Both the position numbers and the translations under genes were made by a program. A DNA stretch of 64,000 bases from a virus. Shown here piece after piece: positions 30,324 through 40,762 of this stretch. The notes below the pieces were generated by a model, which saw only the letters and a program-made list of their open reading frames with translations, was not told where the DNA came from and did no database searches. The stretch is taken from IMG/VR virus record IMGVR_UViG_3300041411_000085, positions 1-64,000 of that record; one strand, given 5' to 3'. Position 1 is the first letter of the stretch. Every line of letters begins with the position of its first letter.

Positions 30324-30470
30324 TATAAAGTGACTAAAACACTCTTATCGGTCACATTGGAGACTAAGTAGAATAAAGCTTTGACAAGATTTGTCAGTGT
30401 TTATAAAGTGACTAGAATTGAAGCCGTAGTCACATTTAAGACAGTATAAAGCCGACTAAACAGTCGGCTT
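30324..30470. repeat. Array of four ATAAAG-preceded inverted repeats (tandem terminators or operator array)
   Basis: TATAAAGTGACTA occurs twice, each as GTGAC-N16-GTCACATT; also TGACA-N5-TGTCA and AGCCGACT-N4-AGTCGGCT. Confidence 0.6.
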
Positions 30471-31024
30471 AGGATTACCCTGCTAGAATGTTTGTTCAGA
30501 TGCCTTTATGTGTCCAGTCTTCACCAGCCCGTTTAGCATCTTCCATAGACTGATAGTTAACCACTTCAGGACTAAATCCACACCCTTTGTACCACTTAGA
30601 CAGCTGATAAGTGTTGCCTACCACTGTCACTGTAGACCTTCTGAAAGAGTCTTCCCCCGTAGTGTGTGATGTAATCAAGGTATAGCTCAGACCACTTGTA
30701 CATGATTTACTTCCTCAATCTACGTTAACAGACATTTGGAACTGAAGGTTATCAAGAGCTTCTTGTCCTTCATGGTAGTGACAAGCCCTCAAGGACACTT
30801 CAGCATTCATACCTTTACCACCACCTGTACGTTGACCTTGTTCATTAAAGTGTGCCCATTCAACAATGAAAGCCCCAGCCTCTAACATCTCATCAAGCAT
30901 CTCGTAGGTTGCATAGTTAGCGAAGTTTTCAGTGTATTCAGCGCCAGTAGCAAGGTCAGTGTAGGTGATGGTTAGCATGTGGGTATTCTCTGTTTAGGAA
31001 GGCTTTCTGCCTTTCGATGTGTTC

Positions 31025-31053
31025 ATTCTAATACTGTTTGATTGTTGTGTAAA
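31025..31053 (-). promoter_or_regulatory. sigma70-type promoter
   Basis: TTTACA-17-TAGAAT. Confidence 0.7.
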
Positions 31054-31150
31054 GCCTTTTCTTAGCTCTTTTCAAAAGAATTTATAGCTGCTTTCCTATC
31101 CCCCACTCTCTCTACTTGTCTCGTGTCTTTACCTACTCACCATAGAGATT

Positions 31151-31189
31151 ATTCTACAGGCAAACAAAAGCCAGCACAAGAGGCTGGCT
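31151..31189 (-). promoter_or_regulatory. Fused terminator/promoter
   Basis: Hairpin AGCCAGC-CTCTTGT-GCTGGCT plus a T tract, overlapping TTGTGC-17-TAGAAT. Confidence 0.6.
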
Positions 31190-31881
31190 AGGTTATTTCT
31201 TCTCTTACATTGTGTCTTTAGACACTCATCCGACGTTTACTATTAAAGCGCTTCAAAGCGAATTGGTGTATACAAAGCATAATCATCAGACATCATCGTA
31301 AAGCTCTCATACATACCAGCATGAGCTGTATAGTATTGTGTATCCACACGGCCCCACAAGACCAGTTGAATTCCATTAATAACTTTAATGAAAGGGGCAA
31401 TGATTGGAATAGGTCTTGGAGGAGTTCTCATTATAATTACTCACTGTTCAATCTTTAATAAACAACAATCTGCAAGCTCTTAGCATAGCTAGAGGCTGGA
31501 TAACCTTCCAATTCATCTTTCCATGTTTTGTGGTATGTAGGCTGAGGCTTGGATGAGTTACCTTTAAGGAGAGCTTTGTAGAGGACTATCAGAGAGATGA
31601 TCATTTTATTCTCCAAACAAATCATTAAGAAGGTCATCATCAGAGAGTGTATTGTCTGCTTCTGACTGATAAACGTCAATCCCTTTAGACTTAAGAAATT
31701 CAGCCTCTTGTGCTATTTCTTTCTCAATCTGTTTAATCCATACAGAACGCAGTTCGATTTCAGATTGACTCTTAGCGACAGCTAAGTATCCTTTCTCACT
31801 ACTGAGGCGAATCATGAGAGCTGCGTAGTGAGAAGTATTGTAAGTCATGATCTTTACTCTTCTGTTTGTTTGGTATGGCTC

Positions 31882-31910
31882 ATTATGAGGCTATCCACCT
31901 ACCTGGTCAA
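31882..31910 (-). promoter_or_regulatory. sigma70-type promoter
   Basis: TTGACC-17-CATAAT, with a terminator hairpin just upstream (31935-31962). Confidence 0.75.
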
Positions 31911-32135
31911 CAACTATATTCAGTTATTTTAGGCAAAAGAAAAGGAGCCCTGTGAGGCTCCTGGAATGTAACCTTAACTCTTTACTTCACCATCTGTTTA
32001 GCCGTCCCAACAGCATCTTCCAAATCATCTGTGTGATATGTGGCTTCTTTCTGGAACTTATTATCAATGTAATACCACACTTGATACTCTTCCCATTCAT
32101 CATTCCATTTGATGATAGCTTTCTTGTTGTCATTC

Positions 32136-33101
32136 TTATATGTGGTTGGGAATGTTTTCGATGGTTTGGTCATGATGCTGATTCCTGGTGTATTCGTCTT
32201 GGGTTAGGTCCATTGTGAGGCTTTCACCATCTTGTGTCAACATTTCTTGTGAGATATTTTTAAGGATGTGAGCTACGGCATCCACGGTCCAGGCATTCCC
32301 AATGCTTTTGTACCGTTCTGATGTACGAATACAATCTGTGTAGTTATCTGGCAATGTCTGTAAACGTTCGTATTCAACAGGCGTCAATCGTGTAATTTGA
32401 TCACCACGAGTGACATAGTTGCTATTCCAAGAACCATCAGAACGAGCTGTCAAGCAATTAGCTTTAATTGGATTCAATACAGCATAACGCTTATCAAAAC
32501 ACTGTTGCCCTTTTTCACTAGTGACCCAACGAGCACGACCCGGTGTAAGGATAGATAGTTCTGGAATACCTGGTTGTAAGATGTCTTTAAGATTAATACC
32601 TAAATCCTGTGGTTGTTCAATGTTAGGAATGTTGGTCCAATACAAACGATCACGTTTTTGTGCACTGACCAAAGAGGAGTTAATACGAATAGGTTCAACT
32701 CCTAGTACTTTACTAATTTCATCAATAGCTTTTTTATTACCACTAACATTCTCAAGCATCCACCACTTTGGGTTTAGTTCATTTTTAATACGAACGTATT
32801 CCCAAAACAAACCACTCTTACCCTCAAGACCTGTGCCATCCCCCAGGTTTGAAATCGATTGGCAAGGTGTGCCTCCAACCAGCAAGTCAATTGCCCCGAG
32901 TTTGGATGTGTCTAGTGCACACATATCGCCAACTTGTTTAATATTAGGCCAATTGGACTGGCTAACTTTAATTGCATGCTTGTCGATCTCGGATGCGTAG
33001 TAATTATTTACGATAATACCTGCACGTTGCAATGCAACAGCAGCACAAGAGATTCCATCACAAACTGACAAAACATTAATACCTTTATTCATAACACCCA
33101 C
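32136..33101 (-). CDS. DNA cytosine-C5 methyltransferase
   Basis: LSVCDGI (motif I), SEID, GGTPCQ (IV), LENV (VI), QKRDRLYW (VIII), RLTPVEYERLQ (IX) and IGNAW (X). Confidence 0.95.
   Translation of the reverse strand: MGVMNKGINVLSVCDGISCAAVALQRAGIIVNNYYASEIDKHAIKVSQSNWPNIKQVGDMCALDTSKLGAIDLLVGGTPCQSISNLGDGTGLEGKSGLFWEYVRIKNELNPKWWMLENVSGNKKAIDEISKVLGVEPIRINSSLVSAQKRDRLYWTNIPNIEQPQDLGINLKDILQPGIPELSILTPGRARWVTSEKGQQCFDKRYAVLNPIKANCLTARSDGSWNSNYVTRGDQITRLTPVEYERLQTLPDNYTDCIRTSERYKSIGNAWTVDAVAHILKNISQEMLTQDGESLTMDLTQDEYTRNQHHDQTIENIPNHI
32212..32240 (-). promoter_or_regulatory. sigma70-type promoter inside the 3' end of the methyltransferase gene
   Basis: TTGACA-17-CACAAT; spacer resembles that of 31882-31910. 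Confidence 0.7.
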
Positions 33102-33449
33102 TTATAAAGCTCCTTACGTTAAAAGCCGCTTTACGCGGCGTTTTTGGTTTGTGTTTAAAACTTATTAATTTAGACTTTCCAGAAGTCACTCTTGTTAGCC
33201 TCATCAGCACAAACCTGAGCAGCCTTAGCAACAAGCTTAGCCACTTGATTCACAACGTTAGGCACTTCCAAACCAAAGGCTTCAGTAGTCAGCTCAACAG
33301 TTTGCCCATTCACCTTTGCCACAAGCTTCAAAGCATCTTCCAAAGCAATCTGTACGAAAGCTGGGGAGTTCATGAAAGACATTGCTGTGTATGTGGTTTT
33401 CACTGAAGTGGTCATGATTGAAGTCTCTGTATTTGGTTGGTGTAGGAGA

Positions 33450-33478
33450 ATTATGGGCTCCTTTCAGAGCCCTGTCAA
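33450..33478 (-). promoter_or_regulatory. sigma70-type promoter with an inverted repeat in the spacer
   Basis: TTGACA-GGGCTCTGAAAGGAGCC-CATAAT. Confidence 0.75.
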
Positions 33479-33798
33479 CATCTGATTAGAAAGTAATTAC
33501 AGATGTTGTGTAGGCTTCACTGACTTCACCATCGCCCCAATCCATTTCAGGGTGAAACTCTTCCGTCACTACAGCCCCCGGAGTAACCTTAACGAAGTCT
33601 AGGGCTGCTGCTTTATGGTTCTTGCCGCTGATGATTACAAGATTATCATCATGACCAAAGTGAACAGCTCGTGCAACCATGATGTGGATATCAGCACCGT
33701 GGATTTTCTTAGCAGAGGCATTAATTGCTTTGATTTCGTTGGCGATTGACATGGTGTTCTTCCTAGTGGTTGGAAGCGTTCTTGCTTCCTATGAGTCC

Positions 33799-33827
33799 AT
33801 TCTAGAGAGATTTAGAAGGTACGTCAA
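33799..33827 (-). promoter_or_regulatory. sigma70-type promoter
   Basis: TTGACG-17-TAGAAT. Confidence 0.75.
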
Positions 33828-35461
33828 CAGGAGTTTGTAAAAATTCTATAAATTCTTTTTCAGGTGTGTCTGTATGATCAGACCAATCGGCGTAAAAGTG
33901 TGGTATCTCAATTGGATTGCACCAACGACCTCTAACCTTGTCGGGGCTTATCATGAATCGAAAACCTTGATCTTTGAGTGTCATTAGGGATAATCCACAT
34001 ATGTGATTTTCTTGGTTTTCTTCTTTTGTTTCTTGACAATCTGAGCTGCATCGTATTCAGCTTGCCTGATGATCCATTGATCAATGTGGCGCTGAGCTTC
34101 CTCGATTGTGCCAAACTCTGCCAATGTCTCAAGGTCAACGTGCATATTTTGCCAACCCCACAAGAAGAAACAGTTATATTGACATTGATAAGACACACTA
34201 TCACAGTCTGTTGTTATCTTAATTCGTGTTCTATCCACCTTCAATCTCCTTGCCCTATATTCCCACTATAATAACCACCCCCACTACCATTCACTGTCCT
34301 CTTGCTCCAGATGTCGTCAGCGGAGTGCTCAGAGAGGGTGTTTTCGATAGAGTCCCATGACTTGAACTTGTCATTCCATTTGTAGAGCTTATTTGTCTTA
34401 ATGAAGACTTTGTAGTTATCATTCAACAGGTACGAACCTTTGCTCTTATCCTCAAAGTAAGCTTGTCCATCTTGAACAGAAATGCATTCAAGAACAACTG
34501 ATTCATAGTAATTGACTTGGAGCTTGTATTTGGTGCCTTCCTTGTAGGTCATAACTTAATACTCCGTTTGAAGCATCTTGGCAACAGTGGTCATTCGATC
34601 TACACAATACTCTAGTGTTGCTGCTACCAATAGCTGATTGGTTTCAGAGTCTCGAATCTCAGCGTAAAGAGTTCGTGCATGGCCGTTCTTACCATAACGA
34701 ATGTTTGTAATCACAGCTTTAATGTAGGCATCAGTCCAGCTCATCACTCTTGCTCCCAATTCCGCTTAAGATTTCTCTCATTACTATAGCCTCGCTTCTT
34801 GTCTTTACCGCCTGTGTCATAGTGGTCTGCACACTTACGTTTAGAAGATTTGCGTTCATATTTCTGGAATGATTCTTGTGTGTAGGTTTTCATTTGATTG
34901 AGTCTCTGATAATTGGTGCTAGTTTACAAATGCTTTCAGCAAGCTGATCTTTAGTTTCATGCGCTGACCATAGCTGTACAACTCTATTTAGTAAATTCTC
35001 AAGCTCAATGTTTCGTTCTTGTGTAGCTTCAAATGCAGCATTTGCGAGCATCCACTTATCTTCTATGAGAACCTTTTGGCGGCCAACAGGAAGACTGAGC
35101 CACCATTCATTAAAAGTCATTTCAACATCTCCAATTCAATCATCTGTTTTGTATTATATATTGGAACACACGTCCATTGCCCATTGTCACGACAGAGTTT
35201 AGCATGGGTTCCTTGGGAAAGGAAGTTGTAGGCTTGTTGGAATGCTGATTGGTAGTTGTTCATTTCTCTTTCCTTGCTTTGTCCCAACCTTGTAGACGTT
35301 CTAGTTTAGATCGAACATCGTTCAGCACAAGCCAATACCCTGCTGGACACACACTCAAGCTCTTATAAATTTGCTTGTAATAAGCTAAGCAGATTTTAAG
35401 CTCTTCGTCTGTCAAGTAATCAGCAGTTTTGGTGAATTTATCAAGAATTCGTTTGTCCATC

Positions 35462-36052
35462 TCACGCCGCCTTCAATTCGTTGATGTAGTTTCTTGCTTT
35501 CTGATGCCATTCTATCGAGGTTTTCACTACCTTGCAAGACATTTTCAAGAAAGATTTGAAAGAGTTGCTAGGCGAAAGATCATCTATCCAGCTCACTCCA
35601 CAAGGTGTGGCTACCTCTGTATGGGTGTAGTCTACATCAGAGCTTGAGTAGGTAGTTTCTACGCCAACTACCTCATATTCTTCCCCTGTTTTGATAGGTG
35701 TAATAGCCTTCTTCAACAACTCTTCAGCTCTGCGTAGTTTCTTGAATGCAACCTCACGAAGTAAGGTATATTCTTCAGGACTGAACTCACCAGCTTTGAA
35801 TGCTTGCTCTAATTCAATGGCTTCTGAGAGGAGCTTTTCGACACGAGCTGATTGTGGTAAGATGCGTTGTTTAAGAGGAACCTTTGTAGGCTTTTTCTCG
35901 TTATTCTCTTCAGAGTACAAGAAAGTGTTAGCCGTTCCGTCCCTATTAAAATGCAGGCCACGAGACTGAGCAAGGCGATTCCCTATTTGTTCCCCACTCG
36001 TCTCGCTGGCGTTGTTCCAACTTTGTATGCAATACAATCGACCTGCTGTCAT
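35462..36052 (-). CDS. Hypothetical protein (probable start MTAGRLY)
   Basis: The track ORF 35462-36118 starts inside the upstream promoter; the in-frame ATG at 36052 is more likely. Confidence 0.6.
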   Translation of the reverse strand: MTAGRLYCIQSWNNASETSGEQIGNRLAQSRGLHFNRDGTANTFLYSEENNEKKPTKVPLKQRILPQSARVEKLLSEAIELEQAFKAGEFSPEEYTLLREVAFKKLRRAEELLKKAITPIKTGEEYEVVGVETTYSSSDVDYTHTEVATPCGVSWIDDLSPSNSFKSFLKMSCKVVKTSIEWHQKARNYINELKAA

Positions 36053-36089
36053 GATGCACCTGCCTGATATTCCTGTTCCTGGTGTGATA

Positions 36090-36125
36090 ATTCTAACCCA
36101 ATAGAAAAAGGCCGTCAAGCGGCCT
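36090..36125 (-). promoter_or_regulatory. Fused terminator/promoter
   Basis: AGGCCG-CTTGA-CGGCCT plus TTTT, containing TTGACG-17-TAGAAT. Confidence 0.75.
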
Positions 36126-36939
36126 GTATGGTTTATTTTTCATCTGTTTAGGTGGGTACTCTATCAATCAGTTTATACGGCTTCTCTGTTGAAAAGATTA
36201 GCACTTCACCTTTCAAGGTCTTAGCTTCAGTGTATGCCTGACTAAATGTAGGATAGTCAGTGCTGTACCCATACTCGATAGGATCACCACACTCATCAAA
36301 GTTCCAGTACCCTTGGTCATTAACCCAAGACTCAAAAGACGTAGCTGCTCTAGCTACATAAAACTCATCAATGATCATTTATTCTTCCTCACCAACTCAC
36401 GAAGCAAGGCAATCTCCTCCTCACGCATAGCAGCCTCTTTGCGTTTACGACTATTACCCGCACTTACTGCACACCCAACCCAAACAATGATCCAAGGGAA
36501 GAACAGGACAGTCATTATCAAGTGGCATATGTGGGCGAACGCGCTCATGATTGAATTACTCCACCACTGCCCATAAACATTGGACGATTATGTTGTTGAT
36601 TCCAACCACAATCTTGGTGTCCAATCTCACCAGCTTTCTGGCAGTTACAACGTTCAAGGTCATCGTCCACAGGAGGGTATCCAACAATACATTCAAACTC
36701 TTCAGCGGTCATCTCTAATTCAAGCTTCATACTATCACCTCAATAAGTTCAGTTGTGTACCAATTTTGTAGCCACTTGGTGGTTCCGTCATCAAAAAGTA
36801 TAGTGGCTGTTTCATTCTTTTCGCCTACATTGTTAAACGTCACTTCTTTAACTTCGCAAGCGGATTTGAACTTGCTGCCACCTACGCGGATGAACACTTT
36901 GTCACCGGGTTTGAGTTGGCCTATGAGCTTTTTCACTGC

Positions 36940-37110
36940 TCAGACCAGACGTACGATGAATCTGACAGCACCGTATTGCAAGTCCTTCTTGTTAGCGAGG
37001 TTACGTGCAGCTTGACCTTTACCTGCTGGGTATTGCTTGATAACAGCCTTGGTCTGGATGTCTACTACTTCGTAAGCTACGTTGGTTTGAGTATTCACTG
37101 AAGTGGTCAT
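36940..37110 (-). CDS. Small hypothetical protein (56 aa, MTTSVNTQTNVAYEVVD...)
   Basis: Read by hand; AGGAG SD and own promoter TTGACA-17-TAAACT (37159-37187). Confidence 0.65.
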   Translation of the reverse strand: MTTSVNTQTNVAYEVVDIQTKAVIKQYPAGKGQAARNLANKKDLQYGAVRFIVRLV

Positions 37111-37595
37111 GTCTGTTGCTCCTGTTCGTTTAGAAGCTTTCTGCTTCCTATGTATTAGAGTTTAAGGTAGATAGAAAGCCCTGTCAACACCTATTTATAA
37201 ATAAATTTAGCAGAAAGTAAATCATTAGCCCACTCGTACATCTCGCCTACACCAAATGCATAGGATAGGGCAATCTTTGTACGGTGCGAGCTGTTTGGGT
37301 ATACGTTGTCGCACACCATTGAGTTAATAGTGTCGCGATAGGACTGCTTGAAGCGTTTAGAAGGTTTCATTTTAAACCTCTCTTACCGATCCTGTCCATC
37401 AAAGCTGACAACTGTTCGCGGTATTCGGAAGGGATTCTTGCAAACTGGTCTGGCGTCATTTGTGACGACAAAACTAAAGCTAGTTGTTCAGTCTCAAGCA
37501 GTCGCTTCTCAAGATTAGTTACAAACTTCCTTTGAACTTGAGATATTGTGGTCATGTCATATTCCTTTGTTAGATTGTTTTGCTTTCTTGAATTG

Positions 37596-37624
37596 ATTAT
37601 GGACACCTTTCAAAGTCCTGTCAA
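37596..37624 (-). promoter_or_regulatory. sigma70-type promoter
   Basis: TTGACA-17-CATAAT. Confidence 0.75.
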
Positions 37625-37877
37625 CAACTATTTTCAGATTCTTTCTCTAACCTGTATTGACACCACGAGCTGTGGCCTTCAAGACTATAGTTAATTTCAG
37701 GTACAGCCCTCTTGCAATGGGAGCACATCCAGTAAGGATTGTCACCACCAATAGGCTCTTTAGGGAAGTCCTCAAACCATGTTTGTTTTGGTGTTTCTGC
37801 GGCTGCCACCTTAGGTTTGAATTTCTTGAATGACTTGGACATTTTGAAATCCTTTTGTCGTTGGGTTATGTGTGCCA

Positions 37878-37912
37878 ATTCTAAGACAACAAAAAGCCCC
37901 GGTCAAGGGGCT
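37878..37912 (-). promoter_or_regulatory. Fused terminator/promoter
   Basis: AGCCCC-TTGACC-GGGGCT plus TTTT. The -35 box is exactly the hairpin loop, 17 bp from TAGAAT. Confidence 0.8.
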
Positions 37913-38663
37913 GAGGTAAATCTTTTCACTTATTCATTAGGTTTTAACACCTGTTTACAGCTTTCAGAGATAACCAGCAGCTTCGAACGATTCTCAATGC
38001 TGCTTTGACTGATCACTTCAGTTATCTCTACAATCCCCTCAACCACCTCAACAAATTTCTCCAGCCTAGTTTTGAGGAAGTCGATTTCAGCCTGTTGCAA
38101 ATCAAACAGTTCGTTCATTAGCTCAATACGTTCTTGTGTGTCGTCCGTAATGGGTAACGTTGTGGCTTCTTCCTTAGCAGCCTCTACCAAAGGTTCTTCC
38201 CTATCTTCCATCAAACCAGATACTAAGGGTGTTACTTTGTAGTTTACGTCCTCAATTGCCCAAGCCTCAACCTCTTTCATAAACAAGCTGCGGCCATCTC
38301 TCTCAATCAAAAACCCTTTAACTTTTGAGTTAGTCATTCTAGTTGCTCCTTGCGATAGAACGAAAAGCTTCAGCTAATGTTGGCTTAACTCTTGTTTTCC
38401 CGTCAAGGCGGGTAATCCGATACCCCTCAGAACATTTCACAATTATTCCAATGAAGTTATTACTTGCATCAAAAACTCGGCGGGTTCCGTTCCCAGCTAC
38501 TGGGGAAAACGAGCCTTTTACAGATTGGGCACTTGCCATGATAATCACCTTAAGATTTATTAGGTAATAAAACCTAGAGAACCATTTCACTAGGCTTGCC
38601 TCCCTGATATCGTCAGATGGCCTACTACTTAATCGCCGTCTCTTGTTGCTCCTTCATGTTCAA

Positions 38664-38692
38664 AGGATAGCGAAAGGCTTACACGAATGCAA
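38664..38692 (-). promoter_or_regulatory. sigma70-type promoter
   Basis: TTGCAT-17-TATCCT. Confidence 0.65.
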
Positions 38693-39104
38693 GCAACTTC
38701 TGAAAAGATTTTACGAATTGTAAATTAACCCTTTAGAAACAAGCACTTGCTCAATACTCCCAAGGCTGATAACATAAGCTTTAGCCTGATCTGTAGGGTA
38801 TGCAACATCGAAATCAGCATCCTCAGCAAACCAAAGGTGGCTGTCTAGAAACCCTTCCAGTGTGCTAACAGGCAGATTTGAATAAGCTAGACAGTCCATT
38901 AATGCTTCGTTGTGTACACCTTCTACTTTCAGCGAGATCAGTGTGGCCTTGATGCTGTTTTCCTGATTGTTCATTTTAGATCCCCATCTAGTTAATGTTG
39001 TGTTACAGATTCAGAGCCCGTGTAACGTTGGTGAGAGGCTCTGTTAAGGTGATGATACGCTTGTTGGATCCGATAGCAAGGGGTGTTTCACGAAATTATC
39101 ACAT

Positions 39105-39653
39105 TTATTTTCCAACGATTCCTTGCAATTTCTCAGCTTGTTTCTGAAGATCCGCGATTTTTTGCACCAGAATGTCAAGCTGTTTTTGCTCTTCTGACTC
39201 AATTTCTGGAAACTCTACAGAATCTATGACTGTCTTAAATGTAAGCTTAATTTCTTTAGCTGTGTCATGTTTAAGATCAATGCTGTCTGTGTGACAGAAC
39301 GCGCCTCGCTTGTACGGGCTCAGTTTGAGGTAAAGCGAGCTTGTGTAACGTACAGAAGCGTCTTCATGGTGTTGCCACACAAACCCCTGATCAAACAGCC
39401 AGTTCTGCACGAGCCTAGAGATTTCATGAGTTGGTGTGCAGATAAACCACCTATCTTTCTTAATATCAAACACAGCCACATCCTGATTAATAATTTCTAC
39501 ATCACCTTTGTCAAAATAACGGTTTACACCCGGACTACCCACCTCTTTATAATCCCAACTCCCATTCGTATTTTCAACGGCTTCAAAGACCTCACCAACC
39601 TTATCCGCATACCAGTAGCTAGCAAATGTAGCCTTAATCACTTTAACTTTCAT
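39105..39653 (-). CDS. Hypothetical protein
   Basis: 182 aa with an AGGAGAG SD and a C-terminal coiled coil. Confidence 0.7.
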   Translation of the reverse strand: MKVKVIKATFASYWYADKVGEVFEAVENTNGSWDYKEVGSPGVNRYFDKGDVEIINQDVAVFDIKKDRWFICTPTHEISRLVQNWLFDQGFVWQHHEDASVRYTSSLYLKLSPYKRGAFCHTDSIDLKHDTAKEIKLTFKTVIDSVEFPEIESEEQKQLDILVQKIADLQKQAEKLQGIVGK

Positions 39654-40552
39654 CTTTCTCTCCTAAACCATTAATTTAAATTATCAAAACACCAGCTATT
39701 TAAAACATCCCAGTTATTTTATGCCACTGTTCTTCTACAAACGCAATGCCTCTGATGTATTCCTTGTCATCCCAAGTCGTATTAATCCACATACTAATGT
39801 GTTCTTCCAAAGCTGTGACACCTAGATTGCAAGCATAGATACAGTCAGAAAGCGCCTCTTGATAACAATCTGATTCTGTCGATTCATTTAAGACAATTTG
39901 CAAGCGTTCTTTTAGTAGATCAAGAGGGTTCATTTGGTTTGTTCCCATTCGTACTGTTCAAGCATCTGTTGTTGGGTAACTTCAATATGAGAGAGCCACT
40001 TTTCACTCCAAACTTCTTTGTCGGACTCTTCAAGATGATGCTGACATCATGCAACAGATCCATAATGGTTTGCATATCAATGTCGTTCATTCAAGTTTCC
40101 TCAATTTCCATCCGTTTAACAATCTACCCAAACAATACCCCAATTTCCCTCACAAAACAACCCTTTCATGCGGCTTTTTCGTATGTTTAAGCCACGTTAG
40201 GGCTTAGTTGGTACAGCACTAGGCTGAGCGATATAGTCTGTTTAATTCCACTCCAAAACACTATTCTTCAATGTCTGCATCAATTCTTTATAATCCATCT
40301 CACCGGGCTGTTGAAATTTCTTCAAGGATTCTTCCAACCACAAAGCTTCCACACCATCACATTCTATGAAATCCACAAGAGGGGTGTCTAGAATGTAGGC
40401 GTGTCCTTCATTTGTGTAGATTGTTTGCCCTGTAAGTCTACACACAAAATCTTCGTTAACTTCGATAATGGCTTCGATAATATAACAGCCATTGTGTTCC
40501 GATAAGAGTTTACTTTGGAGGATTACTTTTTCGCCTATGCTGAAGAGGTGGT

Positions 40553-40762
40553 TCATGATTTATCCTCTTTAGTGAGCACCCGTTGACTTACGTTGGATAT
40601 CAGGTATCCGCTCAATATAGTCATAGTAAGAATCTGGAAATTCTCAACAGGAAGCTTGCCGATGTACAGGAATAGAAACAAGAGCATCTGCACAACGGCA
40701 GATAGCAGAAACTTCCTAGAAATGTATTTGATATTCATTATGCAAGTTTCTCCCAATACCAA
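40553..40762 (-). CDS. Small two-helix membrane protein (holin-like topology)
   Basis: SRKF followed by two hydrophobic segments and a charged tail. Confidence 0.45.
   Translation of the reverse strand: MVLGETCIMNIKYISRKFLLSAVVQMLLFLFLYIGKLPVENFQILTMTILSGYLISNVSQRVLTKEDKS

Noticed and set aside
30324-30470. Mini-CRISPR array
   Set aside because: Only two near-identical units of about 13 bp, irregular spacing and no cas genes.
38583-38622. Hammerhead ribozyme (CUGACGA...GAAA on the minus strand)
   Set aside because: Stem II does not close next to the core, and no stem III/UH arrangement can be formed.
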